Below, one piece after another: positions 20,301-27,526 of a stretch of DNA of 64,000 nucleotides. Position numbers and translations under genes: made by a program. Under the pieces are notes generated by a model. The model did no database searches. It was not told where the DNA came from and saw only the letters and a list, made by a program, of their open reading frames with translations. Position 1 is the stretch's first letter. Each line of letters begins with the position of its first letter. Origin of the DNA: a virus; the IMG/VR virus record IMGVR_UViG_3300020176_000010, positions 1 through 64,000 of that record; one strand, written 5' to 3'.

Positions 20301-20879
20301 AGCATCGATGATGCGAAGCACGCGGTCGTCGATTACAACGACATCGCGTACTGCGTCACTGTGAAGAATCACTCGATCTACGTTCGTACCAATGGCGTCG
20401 CAGCGTTCACTGGAAACTCCAACTACCGCGAGGTGCTGATCACGTTGCCTCCGATTGGCCGGGTGAGATACACCGAGGAAAATGTCGTCGCCATCGATGA
20501 CGCGGACGACCCAAATCGTTCCCGCTACTTCTGGCGCTTCAAGGTTCCAGGCAATGAGCTACAGATCTCCAAGCAGGTTTACCGCACCCAGGAGGAGGCG
20601 AAGGCCTACATCCTGAGCGAGAAGCAGCCAGAGCCTCCGGCCGACAAGAACTACCGCTCCAGCCACTGGGATGCGCTGAATGTTATCGCGCATATCAGGG
20701 TGGATGATAGGGTGGACTCCGATGGAAAAAAAGTGCTCTTTGTGAATGAGCTGCAAAGTGATTTTGGCCAGGACTATCGCAAGGCAAAAGAAGCAATCGA
20801 GAGCGCTGTTGACACCGATTTTATGGGCATCGTCGAGCGCATGAAAAAAGCAGGCGTACTGGAGGTTGTTTGTGATTAA
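17316..20879 (+). CDS. Polyvalent virion protein 2 (ART-PolyVal, GNAT, ART-PolyVal, N-terminal part of an LPD-type domain; contains intein)
   Basis: 1187 aa; AAGGA RBS; two F..WFGDSKV.D..GKPLVVYH...QIKSAIGNRGTFD units; FKGQGVGAALY; YTVPGG/SNYREVLITLP...SSHW...ELQSD. Confidence 0.85.
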   Translation: MAQITNCLKLISRMPESDQDALVSRLDELQALGVPAQRAQVQAAIDLMSRLEREANPQGIQRSAARDVTETPEFRSWFGDSKVVDADGKPLVVYHATTSNIKKFSTKKSAGGFYFTPNAEDAYPSKRGEMTSERGLNVMPAYLAINSPLRTSDPADWHRLDADRRSSIEDRGFDGVIVENEDGSVREYIAFEPSQIKSAIGNRGTFDPADPDITRSASRLPAGVEIIEVDDGFDAMQDGKRIGRLRDNLPRGAAERLDENASVDIVKVENEFKGQGVGAALYDAFYEKHGGRIAPSGKTSPEAWALWKRKFPQKVQEFVQAEAQRIRDGADPFMVMRNITDKDVARDVAIAAGDNVIRSVARNVVDSAEFKRWFGDSKVADAEGKPLVVYHGSRYNADIKRFSAAKSEQSAAERGIYFTDSADHADQYASQWGDASPEDGGSIYPVYLKIENPYVSNAWEWNMGTDITPAQARKRGHDGYVIQNHEGGTTYIAFRPEQIKSAIGNRGTFDPSDTDITRSAARPEFFSQLQRSIEQVPDRLATMSAPQWKLWLDANAAKLGVKKDEIEWSTIKDYLTLRGKDKVTRDELAAYLSDSGVRVREVVLGGGGTEKVTLVRDSTRQDAWGEVVVYRSSDGAFVVENGIGGQSWSVQDADSYDSDYSEDDGSYAGSFSSREAVESFINGQTQAADPYYSGVGSNPATKYGAYTVPGGPLSRDTEILTRDGWMRMDEVQIGDEVMTRRDEDGGLEWQPVEALPTVYAEKLYHFKNQSINMRVTPCHKMVVKRRRRSTGEIVRVTAEQLWGMSEMVAPLTGSWGGGEFSDLFDQDPGDVAELLGWFIAEGHYKTEADGKKSTIGIAQCRSANSDKCARIESLLGRMGIAWNYSGGQYWLGVKKMSADLVQLLHAQGKSAEKYVPGFMFNAPASVIQRMLDGLLLGDGCLVKQNGRKPRWTYHTKSKQLADDVQVLALLVGKRGSVSRRKTGLYTVTINDKQWASIDDAKHAVVDYNDIAYCVTVKNHSIYVRTNGVAAFTGNSNYREVLITLPPIGRVRYTEENVVAIDDADDPNRSRYFWRFKVPGNELQISKQVYRTQEEAKAYILSEKQPEPPADKNYRSSHWDALNVIAHIRVDDRVDSDGKKVLFVNELQSDFGQDYRKAKEAIESAVDTDFMGIVERMKKAGVLEVVCD
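19449..20417 (+). mobile_element. Intein (class 3-like, Pro1) with LAGLIDADG endonuclease, 323 aa
   Basis: Block A PLSRDTEILTRDGW; block B VTPCHKM; LLGWFIAEG and MLDGLLLGDG; block F AYCVTV; ends FTGN|S; removal restores YTVPGGSNYRE. Confidence 0.85.
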
Positions 20880-21507
20880 GACCTTCTATGTTTACAGGCA
20901 CTACCACACCGACAGCGGACTCCCATTTTATGTTGGCAAGGGGACCAGACTATCCAAGAGTGACGGCTATCGCAGGGCTTTTGATGTGCATCGAAGGAAG
21001 GCCTCATGGAAAAGCGCGTCCGCAAAGCACGGCCTAGTGGTAGAGGTTGTGGCCGAGTTCTTTGCTGAGGCGGATGCTCTTGCGTTTGAGGCCGATTTGA
21101 TAGCTATGCATGGTCGCCGGGATCTTTGTGCTGGCACGCTCATAAATCACACCGATGGGGGTGAGGGGTGCTCTGGGTTTAAGCACAAGCCGGAGTCAAT
21201 CGAGCGCATTCGGATGGCAAGCCAAGGGCGCCGCCTTGGCGATGCGTCACGCCGCAGAATCTCCGATGCGCTAACCGGTAGTCGGCACCCTGGCTACGGC
21301 CGCCGGCAGTCGGCAGAAACGTCCGAGCGAAAAAGGGTGGCGATGCTAGGTAAAAACTTAAATGGTCGCTCTGTGCTGGATCGCTCAACAGGCGCTGTGT
21401 ACAAATCAGTTCTTGCGGCATCAAGAGCAACAGGAATACCGGCACGAACACTCGCCAACTATCTGCATGGCGAGAGGAAGAATAGAACAGAAATGGAGTT
21501 CGCATAA
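20872..21507 (+). CDS. GIY-YIG-like homing endonuclease with NUMOD3-type repeats
   Basis: GGAGG RBS plus GTG overlapping upstream stop; FYVYRH...PFYVGKG...E..LI...INHTDGGEG; H.PESIERI, S.ETSERK. Confidence 0.8.
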   Translation: MIKTFYVYRHYHTDSGLPFYVGKGTRLSKSDGYRRAFDVHRRKASWKSASAKHGLVVEVVAEFFAEADALAFEADLIAMHGRRDLCAGTLINHTDGGEGCSGFKHKPESIERIRMASQGRRLGDASRRRISDALTGSRHPGYGRRQSAETSERKRVAMLGKNLNGRSVLDRSTGAVYKSVLAASRATGIPARTLANYLHGERKNRTEMEFA

Positions 21508-24500
21508 TGGCCTGCCGATACACCTACCAGGGCAAGACCTACGAGGCCCACGAATTCGACGACGTGCTGCGCGCTATGGCGCCAATGGATGCGGAGAAGT
21601 TCATGCCTACCGTGAAGAGCATTCCATCAGCGCCACTGATCTCCGACACCAAGGCCTGGGCCGGCCTCGCCCTGAAGCGCGCCATCATGATGGCCGTGGA
21701 GGAGGGGCACGACAAGATCGCTTTGATCACCGGGCAGCAGGCCGCGGATCTCTATGACCTGAGCAAGCAGATCAGCAGGGTCGAGTTCTCGGACGCCAGC
21801 AGCGGAGGCGTCAGTGATGCCAACCTTGGCGCGCCAGATGGATCTGGGAATCTGTCGGCATTCGACCTTGACGGCAAGCGTGTCATCGACACCTATGTCA
21901 GCGCCGACAAGATCGAGGACTATGTTGGCAAGGAGGTTGCGCGCAAACTACTCGAATCCGAGCCAAGGGCCGTCCGCGCCGCCGGAGTTGGCCTGCGTCG
22001 CCGCTCCCTTGATGGCCTAGACCTCAAGGTCGGTGGCGAAGGCATGCGCGCCTTCTACGACCAGATCATCCCCCAGGTGGCGCGCGACGTGCTGAAGAGG
22101 CTGGGCGGCGGGCAACTGGCCACAGCGAAAATCACAACCGACAAGAATGGCTGGCACATCACGCCACCCAGCCAGACGGCCAGCGGAAAGTGGATGGTCA
22201 AGAGCAGCGACTACAACTCCGTCGGCCTCAAGTTCGACACAGAGGCCGAGGCGCGCGCCGCCCTGGCCGAGAAGCAGGAAACGAGCGAGCAGGTTTCGCT
22301 CGACATCACGGACTCCATGCGCGAGAAGGTGGCCTCCGGCGTGCCGCTGTTCAGCCGCCGCCGTGGCTGGGATGCATTCCCTGACGCGATCATCGCGACA
22401 CCGCCGTCCACACAATCAAGCGACCCATCGTACGCAGCAGCCAAGGGCGGCGACATGAAGGCCGCGCTCGAGCTCGTGGACCGCGTGATGCCCGATGACA
22501 TCGAGCAGCGCGTGCGCGCAACCATTGGTGATGCCAAGCCTATCGTTGCCGCCGTGCACGCCGAAGAGGCCGCCGGCCGCAACAAGATCCCCTTGGCCAC
22601 CGCCTTCGTGCTCGGAGAGCGCATGGGTCTGCAGGTCGACGAGAAGCTGGTTCAGGCATCACGCGCCAAGCGCACCGGCTCCGACGGCATGGCCCGCCTC
22701 GGCGTGCAGCCAGAGTTTGCCGGCGAAGTGGAGCGCGACGCAGACTACCTGCTGGTCGATGACACCCTGGCCCAGGGCGGCACGCTGGCGCAGCTCAAGA
22801 CCCACATCGAGGACAACGGCGGCCGCGTCGTGGGGGTATTCGCGCTGAGCGGCAAGCAATACTCTGCTAAGATTTCCCTTGATAATGCAACACTTAATGA
22901 TGTCAGGGCGAAGTATGGATCGATCGAAGACTGGTGGAAAGGCGAGCTCGGCTACGGCTTCGAAGGCCTCACACAGTCCGAGGCCCGCTACATGCTCAAC
23001 TCCGGGCTTTCGCCTGAAGCCCTGCGAGATCGAGTCGCTGCAGCACGACAAGCGGCTGGCGCTGGAGATGGCGCGCAGCGTTCGGAAAGCGTTGGCGATC
23101 AAGAAGTAGTACGCAGCATGCCGCGCGTTCCTGGTTTGAACGCCGGGCCTGTCGAGAGCACGACAGGAGACTATGGCCGCGAGTACACGCCGCAGCAGTT
23201 GGCCATGTTCAAGAACACCGGCCGCACCACGCAGAAGCCGTCCCTCGTTGAGCGCCTAAAAGAGGCTCGCAAAGACTTGGGCAAGAAGATGGCCCAAGGC
23301 ATCGTCGATCAATTCCGCCCGCTGCGCGATCTCGGCGGCAACGCCTACACGCTGGCCCGCTTGTCAAAGGGCGCGGCCGGCGCGTTCGAGGCGCTGCTTG
23401 GCCACGGCAAACTGAAGATCGTCGATGGAGCCTACGACGCAGACACCAGCGGCGGCTTCATTGACACCGTCGGCAAACCCCTTGGCCGCGAGATCGAAGA
23501 CTTCATGTGGTGGGTAGCCGCCAACCGCGCGGACAGCCTTTCTCTGCAGGACCGCGAGAACCTCTTCACTGACGACGACATTGCCGCGGGCAAATCGCTG
23601 GCAGACGGAGACCTCGAGTTCGACTACCTCCTGCAGAGCGGCGCAACAACGCGCGACCGCAAGGCCGCCTACGAGGACTCGCTGAAGAAGTTCAACGCGT
23701 TTGGCAAGAATGTGCTGGACATCGCCGAGGAGAGCGGACTGATCGATGGAGAGAGCCGCAAGCTGTGGGAGAGTGAGTTCTACGTGCCGTTCTACCGCGT
23801 GAGCGAAGAGGATGGCTCATTCATTGGCGCAAAGATCAAGGGCGGCCTGGCTCGCCAGCGCGCGTTCCACGAGCTCAAAGGCGGAAGCCAGAAGCTGAAC
23901 AGCGACCTGCTGGCGAACACCATGCGCAACTGGGCGCACCTGATCGACGCGTCTGCGAAGAACCGCGCAGCCAAGGCGACGCTTGAGTCTGCGCAGAATG
24001 TCGGCATCGCGCTTGAGGCTGACGCTGAGACCGTACGCCAGCTCGGAAAGTCGATGGGCGGCAAGGGTGGCACCGTTTGGTTCATGGACGGCGGCCAGCA
24101 GCGCCACTTCCTGGTTGGCGACCCATACGTGCTCGAGGCAATCAATAGCCTGGAGTACGCCGGCCTGCGCGGCCCACTGATGGACGCCCTTTCCACAATG
24201 AAGCACTGGCTGACCGTCGGCGTCACGGCGTCGCCAGCGTTCAAGATCCGCAACTTGATCCGCGACTCGATTCAGGCCATCAGCTTGAGCGGCCTGAGCT
24301 ACAACCCGGTGACCAACCTGGTTGAGGGCTACAAGGCCACAGATCGAGCAAGCCAGGACTACGTCTCTACGCTGGCATCTGGCGGCCTGATTCGCTTTGG
24401 CTCCATGCTGGAAGACAGCGCATCAGAGCGCGTACGGAGGCTTGTGAAGAAGGGCGTCGATGGCAACACCATCCTGGACAGCGAGAGCAAGGTGCAGGCC

Positions 24501-25712
24501 TTCTATGGGAAGTACCTTGAGCCAGCGATTGAGGCCTACCAAGAGATCGGCAACCGCGGGGAGGAGATCAACCGCGCCTCGCTGTACAAGCAGCTGCGCG
24601 CAAAGGGCGTAAGTCATGCGGAGGCATCCCTGATGGCGCGCGACCTTATGGACTTCAGCATGCAGGGAACGTGGACCAGCATTCGGTTCCTGACCCAGGT
24701 TGTGCCGTTCATGAACGCCCGCCTGCAGGGTATGTACAAGCTGGGCCGTGGAGCCATGGAGGATCCTCGTCGATTCGCCCTGGTTACCGGCGCCGTGGCA
24801 CTCATGTCTATCTCGCTGCTGGCGGCCTACGGCGATGACGACGACTGGAAAAAGCGCGAGGACTGGGATCGCGATGGATTCTGGTGGTTCAAGTTCGGCG
24901 GCACAGCATTCCGCATTCCGAAGCCATTCGAAATTGGCGCCATCGGCAGCCTTGCCGAGCGTGGAGTTGAGCTCTTCACCAACGACGAGTTCACCGCAAA
25001 GCGCTTCGGCAGCCGGGTGCTCCACCTGCTTGGCGACAACCTGGCCATGAACCCAATTCCGCAAGCTGTGAAGCCAATGCTGGACATCTACGCCAACAAG
25101 GACAGCTTCTCCGGCAGGCCGATCGAGTCGATGGGCATGGAGCGCCTGCAGTCCGAGTACCGCTACAACGTGCACACAAGCATGATCGCCAGGGGCGCCA
25201 GCTCCGCGCTGAATGCGGCAACGCGCACCGTTGGCGCGGAGGCCCTCAGCCCGGTGCAGATCGACTCACTGATCCGCGGATACTTTGGATGGCTTGGAAC
25301 CTTTGTGGTTGCAGGAGCGGATATGGCAGTGCGCCCACTCACTGACGAGCCAGCACGCCCACAGGCCGATTACCTGAAGGTGGTGTCACAGGGTTTCTTG
25401 AAGACCTTGCCAGAGCCTGGCTCAAAGTACGTGAGCGCCATGTACGACCAGGCAAAGGTAATCGAGCAGGCCTACGCCACGCACCGGCAGATGGTCAAAG
25501 AGGGCAAGGTCGACGAGGCGCGCGAGTTCGCGGCCGAGAACAAAGATCTGCTGGAGCGCCACCGCAGGATCGAGGGCGTCAAAGAGGCCCAGTCCAAGAT
25601 CAACAAGCGCGTGCGCGAGATCGAGCTCAGCGACATGGACCCAGCTCGCAAGGCCGAGGAGATCCAAAAGCTGCGCGATCAGTCGGGCAAGATCGCTCGG
25701 AAGGTTTACTGA
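21507..25712 (+). CDS. Polyvalent virion protein 3 (C-terminal part of split LPD-type domain, PRTase-like domain, LPD38)
   Basis: 1401 aa; P.AP...AW..LALKRAI..A.E.G.D...GEGMRAFYD; YLLVDDTLAQGGTL (PRPP-binding loop); RIPKPFEIG (LPD38 hallmark). Confidence 0.85.
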   Translation: MACRYTYQGKTYEAHEFDDVLRAMAPMDAEKFMPTVKSIPSAPLISDTKAWAGLALKRAIMMAVEEGHDKIALITGQQAADLYDLSKQISRVEFSDASSGGVSDANLGAPDGSGNLSAFDLDGKRVIDTYVSADKIEDYVGKEVARKLLESEPRAVRAAGVGLRRRSLDGLDLKVGGEGMRAFYDQIIPQVARDVLKRLGGGQLATAKITTDKNGWHITPPSQTASGKWMVKSSDYNSVGLKFDTEAEARAALAEKQETSEQVSLDITDSMREKVASGVPLFSRRRGWDAFPDAIIATPPSTQSSDPSYAAAKGGDMKAALELVDRVMPDDIEQRVRATIGDAKPIVAAVHAEEAAGRNKIPLATAFVLGERMGLQVDEKLVQASRAKRTGSDGMARLGVQPEFAGEVERDADYLLVDDTLAQGGTLAQLKTHIEDNGGRVVGVFALSGKQYSAKISLDNATLNDVRAKYGSIEDWWKGELGYGFEGLTQSEARYMLNSGLSPEALRDRVAAARQAAGAGDGAQRSESVGDQEVVRSMPRVPGLNAGPVESTTGDYGREYTPQQLAMFKNTGRTTQKPSLVERLKEARKDLGKKMAQGIVDQFRPLRDLGGNAYTLARLSKGAAGAFEALLGHGKLKIVDGAYDADTSGGFIDTVGKPLGREIEDFMWWVAANRADSLSLQDRENLFTDDDIAAGKSLADGDLEFDYLLQSGATTRDRKAAYEDSLKKFNAFGKNVLDIAEESGLIDGESRKLWESEFYVPFYRVSEEDGSFIGAKIKGGLARQRAFHELKGGSQKLNSDLLANTMRNWAHLIDASAKNRAAKATLESAQNVGIALEADAETVRQLGKSMGGKGGTVWFMDGGQQRHFLVGDPYVLEAINSLEYAGLRGPLMDALSTMKHWLTVGVTASPAFKIRNLIRDSIQAISLSGLSYNPVTNLVEGYKATDRASQDYVSTLASGGLIRFGSMLEDSASERVRRLVKKGVDGNTILDSESKVQAFYGKYLEPAIEAYQEIGNRGEEINRASLYKQLRAKGVSHAEASLMARDLMDFSMQGTWTSIRFLTQVVPFMNARLQGMYKLGRGAMEDPRRFALVTGAVALMSISLLAAYGDDDDWKKREDWDRDGFWWFKFGGTAFRIPKPFEIGAIGSLAERGVELFTNDEFTAKRFGSRVLHLLGDNLAMNPIPQAVKPMLDIYANKDSFSGRPIESMGMERLQSEYRYNVHTSMIARGASSALNAATRTVGAEALSPVQIDSLIRGYFGWLGTFVVAGADMAVRPLTDEPARPQADYLKVVSQGFLKTLPEPGSKYVSAMYDQAKVIEQAYATHRQMVKEGKVDEAREFAAENKDLLERHRRIEGVKEAQSKINKRVREIELSDMDPARKAEEIQKLRDQSGKIARKVY
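22885..23109 (+). CDS. Possible nested overprinted peptide (+1 frame) at end of PRTase domain; start uncertain
   Basis: Ends LKPCEIESLQHDKRLALEMARSVRKALAIKK; preceded by local AT-rich patch with TGcTAAGAT (22865-22873). Confidence 0.35.
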   Translation: MQHLMMSGRSMDRSKTGGKASSATASKASHSPRPATCSTPGFRLKPCEIESLQHDKRLALEMARSVRKALAIKK

Positions 25713-25915
25713 CAGCACGGGGCTGTGATGGCCCCGTATCTGATTGCCTGGAGGATGGATCCAACGATCCATCCGGCAGCCCCGAGGCAAACCATCCAGA
25801 CGACAGCCGTGCCAAACAAGTCCTTGATGCGAGCCTTTGTGGCACCGCCAAGGATTGCAAAAAGACCAAAGAAAGCGAGTAGTGCGAGCATTGCCGATTT
25901 TATAGAGGTCGGCAA
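25706..25915 (-). CDS. Small two-TM membrane protein
   Basis: 69 aa with two hydrophobic stretches, convergent with giant gene. Confidence 0.5.
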   Translation of the reverse strand: MPTSIKSAMLALLAFFGLFAILGGATKARIKDLFGTAVVWMVCLGAAGWIVGSILQAIRYGAITAPCCQ

Positions 25916-26169
25916 TGCTTGAGTCTCTTTTCTGCGCTAAATCGTGCAGAACTCGTGCAGCTGTCGCTTTTTTAAGACGTATGCCTCATGAGCCTTTTCT
26001 GGTGCCTCGTAGAAGCCTGCGTGGTGCTGCTTGCCATTCAGGTTCACCTTTGCTCCCCATGCGTTTCGCTGCGCAGACCAGTAGACGCCAAGCAGGCCCG
26101 ATGCCTTGTTGTGCGACCACGCCTTCCGCGTGTTCTGCGCATTCTGGGACTTTTGACATCCTCTCCGGC

Positions 26170-27243
26170 CTAAACGCCGGAGATTCCTTCTGCAAGACGG
26201 CGATGTCCCGCCGCGAGAATGTTTTTTGCTGCATTCACGTCCCGGTCGTGTACCGCGCCGCAGTCGCTGCAAACCCATTCTCTTATTCGCAAACCTGCTC
26301 TACCTTTCGGACTGCTGGCGGGTATGGCCCCGCAGCACGAACAAGTCTGGGTGGTGTAGCTTTCGTTGACTACCTCGAAGACGATACCGGCCTGCTGGCT
26401 CTTGTATTCCAACATCGTCTTCAAACTGGCCCAGCCCGCATCCAGCGTGCTCTTGGCCATCTTGGTTTTGACCAGCTTGGCGCTGGCCACGTCGCCCACG
26501 AAGATGGCGGCGTTGTTTTTCACAAGGTTCGTGGTGAACTTATGGATTGCATCCTTGCGGCGATTCGCAATCTTGGCGTGTATCGCCTTGACGCGCTTTT
26601 TCTTCCGCGCCCGTTGCGCGACCGCCAGATGCGGCTCAAGCTCACGGAACCACCGTCCTTGCAGCTTGTCGCCGTCGCTTGTGGTGGCGCACTCTTTCAG
26701 ACCCAAATCGATGCCAACAGCCGATGCCCCCTGGCTGGGAAGAGCCTCGACCTCGACGGCAACATTGAAATACCAGCGCCCACGGCTGTCTTCGTTGAAC
26801 GATCCGGCTCGCAGCTCAAAGCGGCTCAGGCCATAGCTGTCCCACAGGCTGAATTTGTGCCCACCAAACTGGACTTGGCCCGACTTGTACTTGGCGTGCC
26901 CGCCCTTGAATGGAATCCAGCCAAGCGAATACTTGGGCGACTTCGGGTTGCTGACGCGCCAGTTGAGGCGGGTCTTCTTGAACTGCTTGCGGCGTGTGGC
27001 GTACTCCACGCACACCAGTTGCACTGTGCCGCTGCCGACCGTAACGCCATCGCACCTGCTGTAGCCGGCGGTGAGCTTCTGTAGGTCGTAGGCGCTCAGC
27101 CACTTGCCACGCTCACGGATGGCGCGGCTGCTGGTTTCGTTGGCGAAGTTGAACACCTGATTCACGTCGCGCGCCATGCGCCGAAGCACACTGGCGTGCT
27201 TGTCCTTGATGCGAATCTTGAGTGTCTTCACTGCCGTCTGCAT
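26170..27243 (-). CDS. tnpB: TnpB RNA-guided nuclease
   Basis: GIDLG, VNESYTTQTCSCCG, WVCSDCGAVHDRDVNAAKNI motifs; 357 aa from MQTAVKTLKIRI. Confidence 0.9.
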   Translation of the reverse strand: MQTAVKTLKIRIKDKHASVLRRMARDVNQVFNFANETSSRAIRERGKWLSAYDLQKLTAGYSRCDGVTVGSGTVQLVCVEYATRRKQFKKTRLNWRVSNPKSPKYSLGWIPFKGGHAKYKSGQVQFGGHKFSLWDSYGLSRFELRAGSFNEDSRGRWYFNVAVEVEALPSQGASAVGIDLGLKECATTSDGDKLQGRWFRELEPHLAVAQRARKKKRVKAIHAKIANRRKDAIHKFTTNLVKNNAAIFVGDVASAKLVKTKMAKSTLDAGWASLKTMLEYKSQQAGIVFEVVNESYTTQTCSCCGAIPASSPKGRAGLRIREWVCSDCGAVHDRDVNAAKNILAAGHRRLAEGISGV

Positions 27244-27307
27244 GGCGTTATTGTGGCACGAAAATACGACGCTTGCAATCTGTTCTCGTGCCACGGATAA
27301 TTCGGGC

Positions 27308-27469
27308 ATGGAAGAACGAAAAAAGACCGGGCGCCCGCCTGTCGCGCCGGATAAGGAATTGGTGCATGGCACGCTGCGGCTCACGCGCTCGCAGTGGGAA
27401 AAGGTTCGCATAGCTGGTGTTCCTGCACTACGGCTGCTGATTGATCGATGGCGCCCGAAGAAGCCCTGA
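27308..27469 (+). CDS. Small DNA-binding protein (GRP hook plus RHH-like) inside IS
   Basis: MEERKKTGRPP...TLRLTRSQWEKV...LRLLID, divergent from tnpB. Confidence 0.55.
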   Translation: MEERKKTGRPPVAPDKELVHGTLRLTRSQWEKVRIAGVPALRLLIDRWRPKKP

Positions 27470-27526
27470 CGGGCTTCGCGCTTTCCTTCCCCGGCCTGAA
27501 GGCCGAGGCTTGACGCGCATTCTTGG

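Larger units (their letters stand above)
26153..27525 (-). mobile_element. IS200/IS605-family element (IS1341-type, tnpB without tnpA)
   Basis: Left end follows TGAC with hairpin CCTCGGCCTTCAGGCCGGGG; right end hairpin CTCCGGCGTTTAGGCCGGAG then GATGTCAA. Confidence 0.8.

Noticed and set aside
20780-21600. Split intein at the protein 2/protein 3 junction
   Set aside because: Tags lack block A/B and F/G motifs and a terminal HN/GN plus nucleophile; too short for a Hint fold
25915-27084. 389-aa plus-strand ORF
   Set aside because: Antisense shadow of tnpB; no independent motifs
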